Below, piece by piece: positions 19,044-29,076 of a DNA stretch of 64,000 nt. A program made the position numbers and the translations under genes. The notes under the pieces were generated by a model. That model was not told the origin of the DNA. It made no database searches and worked only from the letters and a program-made list of their open reading frames with translations. The stretch is from an uncultured Acidobacteriota bacterium (lineage in GTDB: Bacteria; Acidobacteriota; Thermoanaerobaculia; UBA5066; DATFVB01), in NCBI GenBank assembly GCA_963813155.1, contig CAWEYG010000001.1, positions 288,001 to 352,000 of the forward strand. The letters are read 5' to 3'. Numbering within the stretch: the stretch's first letter is position 1; each line of letters opens with the position of its first letter.

Positions 19044-20462
19044 ATGAAGGTCGCGCGCCGAGCGCCTGCGCTTCTGGCGGTCACCCTCCTCATGTTCCCG
19101 CTGGTCCTGTCGGCACAGATCTCGAACGGAACGATCGGGTACAGCGCGGCCGTCCCCTCGCCGTATGCCGGGCCGATCGCTCCCGACTTCGACGGCGAGA
19201 TCGGCCTCTTCACGATCCCGACCGGCGACACGCTTCCCGCGCGCGGGTTTTCGCTCGGAGTGTACGGCCAGAACATCAAGCTGATCGCGGGACAGAATCC
19301 CGACGTGCCCGTCGACGAGAAACACCGTCTGTTCGAAAAATCCTCGGTGAATTTCAGCCTCGGGTACGGTCTCGGAAGCCACGCGGAAGTCTTCGCGTCC
19401 GCCGGCGAGGATCGCTGGGAGAGCCGCGGCGGATGGGTGGACGGCTACGTCAACGGGCTCGAGCTTCCGGACCAGTTCCGGCAGGACGAGGCGCGCAAGC
19501 TGCGGATCGGGATGAAGGTCGCCCTGTGGGACATCGGGACGAGGGCGCGATTCGCGCTGTATGCGGCCGTTCACGCCCCGATCACGAACAACGACACCGA
19601 CGTGAACACCCGCCGCACCGATTGGCAGTTCGGGCTCTCCGCGAGCGACGGCATCGTCACGGGCAACGTCGACTACATCCTGTCGGGCCGCCGCTCGACC
19701 GATCCGGACATCCGCGCTCCCAACCGAATCCGCTTCGCCGTCGGCACCGACGTGCCGCTCGGGCCGGTGCACTGGATCTCGGAAATCGACCGCAACATCT
19801 TCGACGGGCCGGACTTCAAGCCGCCCGACTATTCGAACCTCCTCACCGGCGTGCGCTTCTTCTTCGGGCACTCGGGATGGGCCGTGTCGGCCGCGCTCGG
19901 CGCCAACCTCGATCAGCTCGGGCGAAACGGCTTCTCTCCTTCGCCGGTGGGCGGCCTTCTCGGGCTGACCTACTCTCCGTTCCCGGCGCCGCCCGAGCCC
20001 CCGAAACCGCTGCCGCCGGTCCAGGCGAAGGTCGAAGAGACGCAAACGGAGGTCGCCGTCGTTCCGGCGCCGGTCGAGGCCGCGCCGCCGGCTGCCGTTC
20101 CGGCTCCGCAACCGAGAACGACGACCGACACGATTCAGTTCGACCGAGGAGCCCGGTTGACCAACATCGCGAAGGCGATCCTGGACGGAGTCGCCCTTCG
20201 GATGAAGAACGACCTGAATTCCACGGCCGTGATTACCGGATACTCCGACAACGCCGGCAGCGAAGACGCGAACCTCCGGATGTCGCAGCAGCGCGCCGAC
20301 GCGGCGAGGGCCTATCTCATCGAGCGCCACGGAATCGACGCCGCCCGCATCCGGACCGAGTCGAAGGGCTCGACGGAACCCGCGGCCGACAACTCGACCG
20401 AAGAGGGCCGCGCCAAGAATCGGCGCGCGGTCATCGTCGTCACGTTCGTCTCCGGTTCATGA
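19044..20462 (+). CDS. OmpA family outer-membrane protein
   Basis: Signal peptide, beta-rich N-terminal domain, Pro-rich linker, OmpA-C motifs (GYSDNAGSEDANLRMSQQRA, NRRAVI); SD AAGGAG. Confidence 0.85.
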   Translation: MKVARRAPALLAVTLLMFPLVLSAQISNGTIGYSAAVPSPYAGPIAPDFDGEIGLFTIPTGDTLPARGFSLGVYGQNIKLIAGQNPDVPVDEKHRLFEKSSVNFSLGYGLGSHAEVFASAGEDRWESRGGWVDGYVNGLELPDQFRQDEARKLRIGMKVALWDIGTRARFALYAAVHAPITNNDTDVNTRRTDWQFGLSASDGIVTGNVDYILSGRRSTDPDIRAPNRIRFAVGTDVPLGPVHWISEIDRNIFDGPDFKPPDYSNLLTGVRFFFGHSGWAVSAALGANLDQLGRNGFSPSPVGGLLGLTYSPFPAPPEPPKPLPPVQAKVEETQTEVAVVPAPVEAAPPAAVPAPQPRTTTDTIQFDRGARLTNIAKAILDGVALRMKNDLNSTAVITGYSDNAGSEDANLRMSQQRADAARAYLIERHGIDAARIRTESKGSTEPAADNSTEEGRAKNRRAVIVVTFVSGS

Positions 20463-20487
20463 TCTTTCGAACGGCCAAGGCTTTCTC

Positions 20488-20515
20488 ACCCCCTCCGCCG
20501 GAGGGGGTTTTTTTT
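20488..20515 (+). terminator. Rho-independent terminator after the OmpA gene
   Basis: ACCCCCTCC-GCC-GGAGGGGGT stem followed by a T7 run. Confidence 0.85.
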
Positions 20516-20523
20516 CACGCGGG

Positions 20524-21624
20524 ATGAGCGGGCCCTCGGACCCGCCGCCCCGTCCCGGGCCGGCGAACTCCCGCAGCCTGGCTTTTCTGGCTCTTCTCGC
20601 GGCGATCGCGCTGCTCTGGGTCGGCCAGGCCTTCTTCGTCACGCTGCTGTTTTCCCTCTTCCTGTCCCTCGCGCTGCGGCCGTTCGTTTCGCTGCTCGAG
20701 CGCGCGAGGATGCCCCGGGTCATCGCGATCTCGCTCGTTCTCGCGATCCTGATCGGCGCGGTCGTGCTGCTCGTCGTCAACGTTTCGGCCCAGCTGCAGC
20801 AGTTCTATCTCGACCTGCCCCTGTACCAGAACAAGATCCGCGACCTCACGACCCGCGCGACCGATTTCATCCGCGGAATCCAGGAACGGACGGGCAGCAT
20901 TCTTCCGGAGGACAACACCCGCGGAATCCGCGAGGTGAAAATCTCCGAATCCTCGTCGACGACGATTCGAGCGTTCCTCTCCCGGGTCGGTTCGACGCTC
21001 TCGATCCTTCTCTCGGCCGGCGCGGTCCCCTTTCTCTCGTTCCTCATGTTGAAGGACCGGGAGAAGTTCGGCCGGGCCCTTTCGGGACTTCTCCGCCGCA
21101 GCCCGCGGTTCGCCCGTTTCGACATCGTGACGGCTGTTTCGCGGTCGCTGACGGCGTATGCCGTCGGCGAATCCTTCGTCGTGCTCATCATGGCCGCCGC
21201 GACGACGCTGTCGCTCATGCTGCTCAAGATCAATTACTTCTACATCCTCGGCCCGCTGGCGGGCGTTTGCGTTCTCGTTCCGTACGTCGGCGTGATCATT
21301 TCGACGGTTCCGGCGATCATCGCGGCCTTTCTGCAGGCGGGGGGCCGCGAGGCCATCACCGTCCTGATCCTCTACTCGGCGCTCCAGTTCCTGGAGGGAA
21401 ACGTGCTCACCCCGTTCATCGTCGGGGGCAAGGTTCGCCTCTTCCCGCTGACGGTTCTCGTCGCTTTTCTCTTCTGGGGAACGCTCTGGGGAGTCGCGGG
21501 AGCGATTCTCGCGGTTCCCCTGACGTCCGCCATCAAGGTCGTCTGCGAGAACGTCGAGGGGTGGGAACCCGTCGCGCGCCTCCTCGGCGAAGCGGACGCC
21601 CCGCCGCCGCCCGAAGCGATCTGA
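20524..21624 (+). CDS. AI-2E family transporter
   Basis: Multiple TM helices; VPYVG, LQFLEGNVLTP, WGVAGAILAVP. Confidence 0.88.
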   Translation: MSGPSDPPPRPGPANSRSLAFLALLAAIALLWVGQAFFVTLLFSLFLSLALRPFVSLLERARMPRVIAISLVLAILIGAVVLLVVNVSAQLQQFYLDLPLYQNKIRDLTTRATDFIRGIQERTGSILPEDNTRGIREVKISESSSTTIRAFLSRVGSTLSILLSAGAVPFLSFLMLKDREKFGRALSGLLRRSPRFARFDIVTAVSRSLTAYAVGESFVVLIMAAATTLSLMLLKINYFYILGPLAGVCVLVPYVGVIISTVPAIIAAFLQAGGREAITVLILYSALQFLEGNVLTPFIVGGKVRLFPLTVLVAFLFWGTLWGVAGAILAVPLTSAIKVVCENVEGWEPVARLLGEADAPPPPEAI

Positions 21625-21636
21625 AAGGGCCGCTCC

Positions 21637-22518
21637 CTAGACGATCCCTTCCCGGACAGACATCGCCGCGCCGAGAAGCCCCGCGGCCGCTCCCGCGAGG
21701 GGAAAAATCGCGAGGGCCGACAGCGGAAAGAAACGCACCCAGAAGATCGAGAGAACCGGGTGCGGCGAGAGCTGGAGGAACCGCGTCGCCGCGGCGTACG
21801 TCGCGGTGAGCAGCACGAGGGCGAGAACGCCTCCGCAAGCGCCTTCGAGAGCGCCGTGGAGCCAGAAAGGCGCCCGAATTTTCGCTTCCGTCGCGCCCAT
21901 CAGACGCATGATCTCCACCTCGTCGCGATGCTGGTCGAGCGCAAGGCGAACCGCGGAAGCCACGGAGAAGATCCCCGCGAGGCACAGGACCCCTCCGAGC
22001 ACGTAGGCGAATCGCTTCACCACGGAAACGGCGTCCCGAAATCGGGTCTCGAAGACCGCTTCCTCCTGAACCTGCTCGACGCCCGGCAGCTTGCGCGCCT
22101 TCGAAGCGAGCCGCGTGGAGGAGTCGAGGGAGCTCCGCGCCAGAACGATCTCCAGGACGGTCGGAAATTCGAGATCCGGCAGGCGCAGCAGGGCGGGCCG
22201 CAGGTCCGGAAACGCGGTGAGAAAGTGCTCGCGCGCCGCCGAAGGGCGCACGATCCGGACCCGGGTGACTCCGGCCTCTCCCGCGATCGACGCGGCGACC
22301 GCCCTCGCGTCGGCCTGGGGCGCCAGCGTCACGACGAGAGACGGAGGCACTTCCACGTTCGACGCGAGGCGCGAGACGTTCTGCGTGAGCAGCAGGAGAA
22401 GGCCGGGAATGTAGAGCGCGAGAGTGATCAATCCGACGGCGAGCACCGTGAGCCCGGGACCGCTTCGCGCGATCGACCAGGCCTCCGCGAAGGCGTGGCG
22501 CAGCGCGACCCGGATCAC
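21637..22518 (-). CDS. ftsX: Cell division permease FtsX
   Basis: Four-TM layout with [17 protein letters not shown]; directly after ftsE. Confidence 0.82.
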   Translation of the reverse strand: MIRVALRHAFAEAWSIARSGPGLTVLAVGLITLALYIPGLLLLLTQNVSRLASNVEVPPSLVVTLAPQADARAVAASIAGEAGVTRVRIVRPSAAREHFLTAFPDLRPALLRLPDLEFPTVLEIVLARSSLDSSTRLASKARKLPGVEQVQEEAVFETRFRDAVSVVKRFAYVLGGVLCLAGIFSVASAVRLALDQHRDEVEIMRLMGATEAKIRAPFWLHGALEGACGGVLALVLLTATYAAATRFLQLSPHPVLSIFWVRFFPLSALAIFPLAGAAAGLLGAAMSVREGIV

Positions 22519-23228
22519 GCCATTGGAAGGAAAGGCGCTTCCCGCGCGGCGAGAGCGGCGGCGGGTCGGATCTCGACCTCGCGAAGCCGGCCGCGCTCGA
22601 GCGTGAGAACCCTCTTCCCCATTCGCCGGATGAGCTCGATGTCGTGCGTCGCGATGACCACAACGGTCCCGCGCAGGTTGATCTCCGCGAACAGATGCAT
22701 GATCTCCTGCGAGAGCGCCGGATCGAGATTTCCGGTCGGCTCGTCCGCGAGCAGCAGCTGCGGCTCGTTGACGAGGGCCCTCGCGATCGCGACCCTCTGC
22801 TGCTCGCCGCCCGAGAGCTCCGGAGGGTAGGCGTTCATCCGGTAGTGAAGCCCGACCTGCTTCAGGACCTGGTACGCCCGCCTCTTCTGTTCCGCCGGAG
22901 CGGTGCCCAGGATGTTCTGGACGAACGCGAGGTTTTCAAAGACGGTCTTGCGCGCGATGAGCTTGAAGTCCTGGAACACGATCCCGACGGTCCGGCGGAA
23001 GTACGGAAGCTTCGAACGGGGAAGGACCCCGATGTTGCGGCCGTTGACGACGATCTGGCCCTCGCTCGGCAGCTCGTCGCGAAAGAGAAGCCGGAGCAGC
23101 GTGGTCTTTCCAGCGCCGGAAGGCCCCGTGAGGAAAACGAACTCCCCCTTCGCGACGCTGAAGGAGACGTCGATCAGCGCGTGCCGGTAGTGGCCGTAGT
23201 CCTTCGAGACGTGGAAAACGTCGATCAC
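22515..23228 (-). CDS. ftsE: Cell division ATP-binding protein FtsE
   Basis: [46 protein letters not shown]; GTG start at 23228. Confidence 0.92.
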   Translation of the reverse strand: MIDVFHVSKDYGHYRHALIDVSFSVAKGEFVFLTGPSGAGKTTLLRLLFRDELPSEGQIVVNGRNIGVLPRSKLPYFRRTVGIVFQDFKLIARKTVFENLAFVQNILGTAPAEQKRRAYQVLKQVGLHYRMNAYPPELSGGEQQRVAIARALVNEPQLLLADEPTGNLDPALSQEIMHLFAEINLRGTVVVIATHDIELIRRMGKRVLTLERGRLREVEIRPAAALAAREAPFLPMA

Positions 23229-24695
23229 GCGTCGAGCAGCTTTCGGAGGATCTCGGTCAGAACCGCCGGATCGGCCCGCCCGCCCGTCGCCTTCATCGCC
23301 TGTCCGACGAACCAGCCGAGCGTGGCCTTCTTCCCGGCGCGGTAGAGCGCGACCTGTTTCTCGTTGTCGCGAAGAATCGCCTCGACGGCCGGGAGAAGTG
23401 TCGAAGTATCCGCAAGGAGCGTGAGGTTCTTCGATCGGATGATTTCGGAAGGAGACCCTCCGCTCGCGACCATTTCCTCCAGGACGACCTTTCCGGCCGA
23501 CCCCGAGATCTGACCCGACTCCACGGCCCGCAGCAGCTCGCTCAGGGCGGCCGGAGAAACGGAGAACTTGCCCGCGTCCTCCCCGCTCAGGCCTTTCTCC
23601 TTCATCCATCGAAGGACTTCCCCCGAGACCCACGCCGATGCCAGCCGCGGCGAAATCGAAGCCGCGACCGCCTCGAAATACTCCGCCAGCGGCCGCGCCG
23701 AAGCGAAGAGTTCCGCGTCGGATTCGGGAATCCCGTACTGCGACTCGAGACGGATCTTCTTCGCACGCGGCGTCTCGCGCAGGGAAGAGCTCACCTGCAC
23801 GATCCACTCCTCGGCGATCTCCAGCGTCCCCAGGTCGGGCTCGGGGAAATAGCGGTAGTCGTGCGCTTCTTCCTTGCTTCGCATCGCTCGCGTGCTGTTC
23901 GTCGCGACGTCGAACAGACGCGTCTCCTGGACGATCGGCAGCCCCGACGCCATCGCCTCGGCCTGGCGCTCGGCTTCGTGCTCGATCGCCCGGCCGACGT
24001 TGCGAATCGAGTTCATGTTTTTCACCTCGACGCGGGTGCCGTAGGGATCGGTCTCCGAACGCCGGACGGAGATGTTCGCGTCGCAGCGCAGGTTGCCCTC
24101 CTCCATGTTCGCGTCGGAGATCGAAAGCGCGCGGAGGAGCTTGCGGAGCTCCGTCAGATACGCCATCGCCTCCGCGGCGGACCGGATCGAGGGCTCCGAC
24201 ACGATCTCCAGCAGGGCCACCCCGGCGCGATTCCACTCGACGAGGGTGACCGTGTTCGGAACGTCGGGAAACGGGTTTTCGTGGAGCGACTTCCCCGCGT
24301 CTTCCTCGAGGTGCGCGCGCACGAGCGGGACGGACTTCGACGCCGCGTCCGTTCCGATCTCGATCGCCCCGCCCGTGCAGATCGGGCGGTCGAACTGGGT
24401 GATCTGGTAACCCTTCGGCAAATCCGGATAGAAAGTAGTTCTTTCGCGCAAAACGGGACTGGCGGTGGATCGTCGCTCCCACCGCGAGCCCAAACCGGAT
24501 CGCGAGAGTCACGGCCTCGCGGTTGACGACCGGCAGGGTGCCGGGAAATCCGAGGCAGACGGGGCAGGTCGCGCTGTTCGGTTCGGCCGCGAACGTCGCC
24601 GGGCAGGGGCAGAACATCTTGGAGGAGGTCGCGAGCTGCGCGTGGACTTCCAGGCCGATCACCGGAAACACCTTCAGTTTTTCAGCGACCGGCAT
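23225..24695 (-). CDS. gatB: Asp/Glu-tRNA amidotransferase subunit B, interrupted by a 1-nt insertion at ~24433
   Basis: [28 protein letters not shown] in one frame and [36 protein letters not shown] in the next. TAC TTT C TAT restores RKNYFYPD if one base is removed. Confidence 0.93.
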
Positions 24696-25908
24696 CGAGG
24701 AATTTTACCCGAAGTGCCGGCAAAGCTGGAAGGGCGGCGGCCGAGCGAAGCGCGCGCGCCAGGTCTTCGACGAGATCGTCCGGATGCTCGAGCCCGATCG
24801 AAAGCCGAAGGAGGTTGGGCGGCGTCGTCGAAGCGGCCCCCTCCATGGAATGCCGGTGTTCGACGAGACTCTCCGTTCCCCCGAGACTCGTCGCGTTCGT
24901 GAAGAGCCGAAGGCGGGAGGCGGCGGCGATCGCTTCGTCGCGGCCTCCTTTCACGCGGAAGGAAAGCATGCCGCCAAACGCGCGCATCTGCCGCGCGGCG
25001 ATGGCGTGGCCGGCGTCGGACGGCAGCCCGGGATAGTGCACCGCTTCGACCCGCGGATTCCCTTCGAGCGCGCGGGCGACCGCGAGGGCGTTGGAGGAAT
25101 GCTTCTCGACGCGGCAGGCCAGCGAGCGCATGCCGCGCAGGACGAGCCAGCTGTTGAACGGCGACGAGACGCCGCCGAGGATCGACCGGTTGTGGAGCGC
25201 CGATTCGTGCAGAGCGCCGCGTTCCCGGAAGACGAGCGCGCCGCCCTGCACGTCGCTGTGCCCGCCGAAATATTTCGTCGTGGCGTGCAGGACCGCGTCG
25301 AAGCCCAGATCGATCGGCCGCTGGAGAATCGGCGTCGCGAACGTGTTGTCAGCGACCGCGAGCGCCCCCGCCCCTTTCGCGAGCTCCGAAACGGCCGAGA
25401 GGTCGACGACTTTCATCAGCGGGTTCGAGGGCGTTTCGACCCAGACGAGCCGGGTCTCCGGGCGGACGGCGCGCTTCACGTTGTCGAGGTTTTGCATGTC
25501 GACCGCGGACGAATCGATTCGCCAGCGAGGCAGGAACTCCGAGGCCAGCACCCGGAAGTGATAGTAGATGTCGTCGGGAAAAATCACGTGCGCGCCGGCG
25601 GGAAGCGACTGGAGAAGTGCGGTCCCCGCGGCCATCCCGGACGCAAAGGCGAGCGCGGCCTTTCCCCCTTCGAGAGCCGCGAGGGCTTCTTCCAGCCGTG
25701 ACTGCGTGGGGTTCGAATCCCGGATGTAGACGAAACCCCGCGGCGACGACGAGTCCGGCTCGTGCTCGAAAGTCGTGGACAGATGAATCGGAGGGGCGAG
25801 CGCTCCGGTGGCGGGATCGACTTCCGAGCCCGCGTGGACCGCGATCGTTTCGACTCTCCATTCGGACGCTCCGTCGAGCTTCCGGCGGTCAACAGTGTCG
25901 GGCGCCAA
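24682..25908 (-). CDS. Cys/Met metabolism PLP-dependent enzyme (cystathionine gamma-synthase/lyase family)
   Basis: PIHLSTTF, YxRxx[50 protein letters not shown]. Confidence 0.9.
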   Translation of the reverse strand: MAPDTVDRRKLDGASEWRVETIAVHAGSEVDPATGALAPPIHLSTTFEHEPDSSSPRGFVYIRDSNPTQSRLEEALAALEGGKAALAFASGMAAGTALLQSLPAGAHVIFPDDIYYHFRVLASEFLPRWRIDSSAVDMQNLDNVKRAVRPETRLVWVETPSNPLMKVVDLSAVSELAKGAGALAVADNTFATPILQRPIDLGFDAVLHATTKYFGGHSDVQGGALVFRERGALHESALHNRSILGGVSSPFNSWLVLRGMRSLACRVEKHSSNALAVARALEGNPRVEAVHYPGLPSDAGHAIAARQMRAFGGMLSFRVKGGRDEAIAAASRLRLFTNATSLGGTESLVEHRHSMEGAASTTPPNLLRLSIGLEHPDDLVEDLARALRSAAALPALPALRVKFLDAGR

Positions 25909-25931
25909 GCGAGCAGATTATAGTTGTCCGC

Positions 25932-26630
25932 GTGAAGGCGTGCGCCGAACGATCGCGGAACGGTGCCCTCGTCGCGTTTTCGGTCCGGGGCGAGGCCCCG
26001 CCGGACGAGCCTTCCGCGACCGCCCACCTGGCGAGAGAATTCGCCTCCGGCCTGGGGCACGAGCGGCTTCCGATCGCGCGCGCGACGCAAGTCCACGGAA
26101 CGACCGTTCTCGAAGCGGACCGCTCCCTCGCCGAGGGATCCGTCGTCCTGCTCGGCGAGGGGGACATCCTCGTGACCGCGACGCCCCGCCTCGCGCTCGT
26201 CGTTCAGACGGCGGACTGCGTGCCGATCCTGCTCGTCTCGCCCGTCGCCGTCGCCGCGGTCCACGCGGGATGGCGGGGAACGGCGCTCGGCGCGGCGACG
26301 GCGGCTGTTCGCGACCTGCGCAGCCGTTACGGCATCGACCCGCAGACGCTGTCGGCCCACATCGGGCCCAGCATCGGGACCTGCTGCTACGAAGTCGGGG
26401 GCGACGTCGGGGCGCAATTCGCGGGCGAATTCCTGCGGCGGGATTGCGGCGGAAAATTCCGGCTCGACCTGCGGGCCGCGAACCGGTCGCAGCTCGAGGC
26501 GGCGGGAGTTCTTCCGGCCAACATCGACACGGTCCCGCTCTGCACGATGTGCGGCGGCGAGAACCTCGCGTCGTACCGCCGGGACGGGCGAAACGCCGGC
26601 CGGATGATCGCGATCGTCGCGCGGCTCTAG
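25932..26630 (+). CDS. pgeF: YfiH/PgeF-family (polyphenol oxidase-like) protein
   Basis: QVHG, TADCVPILL, HAGWRG, IGPSI..CCYEV, CTMC..SYRR; GTG start. Confidence 0.85.
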   Translation: MKACAERSRNGALVAFSVRGEAPPDEPSATAHLAREFASGLGHERLPIARATQVHGTTVLEADRSLAEGSVVLLGEGDILVTATPRLALVVQTADCVPILLVSPVAVAAVHAGWRGTALGAATAAVRDLRSRYGIDPQTLSAHIGPSIGTCCYEVGGDVGAQFAGEFLRRDCGGKFRLDLRAANRSQLEAAGVLPANIDTVPLCTMCGGENLASYRRDGRNAGRMIAIVARL

Positions 26631-26650
26631 TAGGGGGTTCCTCGCCTGGG

Positions 26651-26760
26651 GCGGGTGGCGCGGGGCGAGACTCCCTTTTGCCGCTCGCGACGCGGGTGTA
26701 GCAAAGTCTTCAGGCTCGCGGCGAGCGGAAAAGCGGAGCGAGTCCCGCGACAGGACCCGC
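26651..26760 (+). repeat. ~110-nt long-hairpin intergenic element, copy 1 (REP/MITE-like or structured RNA)
   Basis: Nested stems GCGGGT/ACCCGC and CTTTTGCCGCTCGC/GCGAGCGGAAAAG; aligns along its length with 63500-63617. Confidence 0.75.
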
Positions 26761-26848
26761 GCTCGGCCGAGCTGCAGCTGGGGCTGACCGCGACGACGTC
26801 AAACGAGACACCCTTCCGGGGTTATCATCTTCTCGTGCGAGGGCTGAA

Positions 26849-27055
26849 ATGACGAAATCCCATGCCACGGCAGAAGTCTTCTGGACGGCCTTTAAGGCGC
26901 TTCCGAGAAAACAGCGCGCCGAAGTACTGCGCCTGGTGGCTTCGGACGAGAAAATGCGGCGCGACCTCCTCGACCTTTCAACGTTTGAAGCTCGCAGCAG
27001 TGAGCCCAGCCGCTTGCTACGCTCGACTCGTGCCGCGCGAAAACGCCGCGCTTAA
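26849..27055 (+). CDS. Putative antitoxin
   Basis: 68-aa ORF directly upstream of a RelE-like gene; typical type II toxin-antitoxin layout. Confidence 0.6.
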   Translation: MTKSHATAEVFWTAFKALPRKQRAEVLRLVASDEKMRRDLLDLSTFEARSSEPSRLLRSTRAARKRRA

Positions 27056-27061
27056 GATTTC

Positions 27062-27316
27062 GTGTCGTTCGAAGTCCGGCTCAAACGCAGTGCCGAAAAG
27101 GAACTCGATCAGCTTCCCGCAAAGATTCGCGAGCGAATCGAACGCAGGCTCTTGCTTCTGGAGGATTCGCCGTTTCCTTCGGGAGCGAAAAGGCTCCAGG
27201 GCAACGAGCGCTTTCGCCTGAGAGTCGGCGATTACCGAGTCCTGTACGAAGTCGATCACGCGGCACAAGTCATTCAGATCGTCGCGATCGGACACCGAGG
27301 GGAGGTTTACCGGTAG
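27062..27316 (+). CDS. Type II toxin, RelE/ParE family
   Basis: AEKELDQLP..RERI..L..P.PSGAKRLQG..FRLRVGDYRVLY..IVAIGHRGEVYR. Confidence 0.9.
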   Translation: MSFEVRLKRSAEKELDQLPAKIRERIERRLLLLEDSPFPSGAKRLQGNERFRLRVGDYRVLYEVDHAAQVIQIVAIGHRGEVYR

Positions 27317-27394
27317 AAGCGCTCTCGAGCATACCCCGCCCCTGGGGCGTCTCGACTCCAAACCGTCTCCTCATCTCGAGACAGCTCGCGCAGT

Positions 27395-27931
27395 TTAGTC
27401 CGACCGAACAAACTCGGTGTCCCTCTCGACGAAGAAAGACTTACTCCAGCATTCCCACACCCCGGCAGGCGCGGTGTTGGGAGTGTCCGGCGAAAAAACC
27501 GAGTGAACGCGATACCAGCCACGCCTGACGCGATAAGAGTTGCCTAAAGCTCGCTCCTCAACGTGTGACCAGGCCATCGAGCTCAGCCCACCCCGAACGG
27601 GATAGGATGAAAAGGTGTGACCACTCCAGTGAGAATAGGGGCGGCAGCGTGGAACGTCATTTCGTTTCGCTCGTTCCACGAACATTCCCACTTTGACTTC
27701 CGGCTCCAAGAGAAAAATCTCTGATCGACGCCCTGCCCGAATCTGGAGCGCGACATCATCCGCGGTTGGAAAGGTGACCGCCGTCACATCCATGCTGACC
27801 GGACAGATGGCGTGTCCGTTGTCGGTTCCCGCGAGGACACGAACCGGCAAAATCGTCAGAACGCAGACCAAGGCACTGACGATCGCCGAAAGGCTACCAA
27901 GAACCCGCTGTGAACTCGTTCGCCTAGACAT
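27395..27931 (-). CDS. Hypothetical secreted protein with atypical composition
   Basis: 178-aa ORF with an N-terminal signal peptide and Cys residues; visibly more A/T-rich codons than neighbours. Confidence 0.5.
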   Translation of the reverse strand: MSRRTSSQRVLGSLSAIVSALVCVLTILPVRVLAGTDNGHAICPVSMDVTAVTFPTADDVALQIRAGRRSEIFLLEPEVKVGMFVERAKRNDVPRCRPYSHWSGHTFSSYPVRGGLSSMAWSHVEERALGNSYRVRRGWYRVHSVFSPDTPNTAPAGVWECWSKSFFVERDTEFVRSD

Positions 27932-27961
27932 CTTCCGCGGTAATCCGCCCCAGTCCCGGCT

Positions 27962-29032
27962 CTATCCGCCGAGCGTTTTCGCGACGGCGTCGGCGAGCGT
28001 CATGTAGGCGGCCGTCGCCTGAGAGCGGGGCTCCGCCGCCACGATCGGCGTCCCGGCGTCTCCGCCCGCGACGATCGCGGGGTCGATCGGGATCTCGCCG
28101 AGGAACGGCACGCCGAGCGCCTCGGCCGTGCGCCTGCCGCCCCCGTGCTTGAAGATCTCGTCGCGGTGGTGGCACGAGGGACACTCGTAGTAGCTCATGT
28201 TTTCGATGATGCCGAGCAGCGGGACGTTCACTTTCTGGAACATCGCAAGCCCCTTGCGGGCGTCGATGAGCGACACCTCCTGCGGCGTCGTCACGATGAT
28301 GGCGCCCGAGAGCTGAATTTTCTGCGTGAGGGTGAGCTGGGCGTCGCCGGTCCCCGGAGGCAGGTCGATCAGGAGGTAGTCCAGCTTTCCCCAGGCGACG
28401 TCCTGAAGAAACTGCTCGACGGCCTTCATGACCATCGGCCCGCGCCAGATCACCGGCTGGTCGACGTCCATCAGAAACCCCAGCGAGATGACCTTCACGC
28501 CGTGGCGTTCGATCGGAACGATCTTGTCCTCTTCGTTCACGTACGGCTTGCCGGTCGCGCCCATCATCATCTGCTGCGACGGACCGTAGATGTCCGAATC
28601 CATGAGACCGACGGTGTAGCCGAGGCGCGTGAGCGCGAGCGCGAGGTTCGCCGTCACGGTCGATTTCCCGACCCCCCCCTTGCCGGACGCGACCGCGACC
28701 TTGTACTTGACGTCCTTGAGGATTTCGCCCGTCGGCACGGGAGCCGGCCTCGAGCCGGGCGGTCCCGACATCCCGGGATGGCGGACGTCGAGCGAAATCG
28801 TGACCGCCTGGACCCCCGGGAGTGCGCGAAGCCGCTCGGTCGCGTCGCGCTGAATCTCTTCGGCGACGCGGGGGGACTCGGTCTGGATCTCGAGGCGAAA
28901 CGAAACGTTCCCGCCGCCGACGTTCAGGTCCTTCACGAAGCCGAACGACACGATGTCGCGCGAGAGCCCCGGAAATTTCACCGTCTTCAGGACATCGAGC
29001 ACCTGTTTTTCATCGAGAGCCGTCGCCGCCAC
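27962..29032 (-). CDS. mrp: Mrp/NBP35 (ApbC) Fe-S carrier ATPase
   Basis: VASGKGGVGKST, DSDIYGPS, IWRGPM, DLPPGTGD, ENMS..CPSC; GTG after SD AAGGAGG. Confidence 0.93.
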   Translation of the reverse strand: MAATALDEKQVLDVLKTVKFPGLSRDIVSFGFVKDLNVGGGNVSFRLEIQTESPRVAEEIQRDATERLRALPGVQAVTISLDVRHPGMSGPPGSRPAPVPTGEILKDVKYKVAVASGKGGVGKSTVTANLALALTRLGYTVGLMDSDIYGPSQQMMMGATGKPYVNEEDKIVPIERHGVKVISLGFLMDVDQPVIWRGPMVMKAVEQFLQDVAWGKLDYLLIDLPPGTGDAQLTLTQKIQLSGAIIVTTPQEVSLIDARKGLAMFQKVNVPLLGIIENMSYYECPSCHHRDEIFKHGGGRRTAEALGVPFLGEIPIDPAIVAGGDAGTPIVAAEPRSQATAAYMTLADAVAKTLGG

Positions 29033-29076
29033 GAGACCTCCTTCGAAGTGGGCATCATAGTATCCTCTCCGCAAAA

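Noticed and set aside
22515-24695. 726-aa GatB-N / FtsE fusion ORF
   Set aside because: Product of the gatB frameshift running through an off-frame Arg-rich stretch into ftsE.
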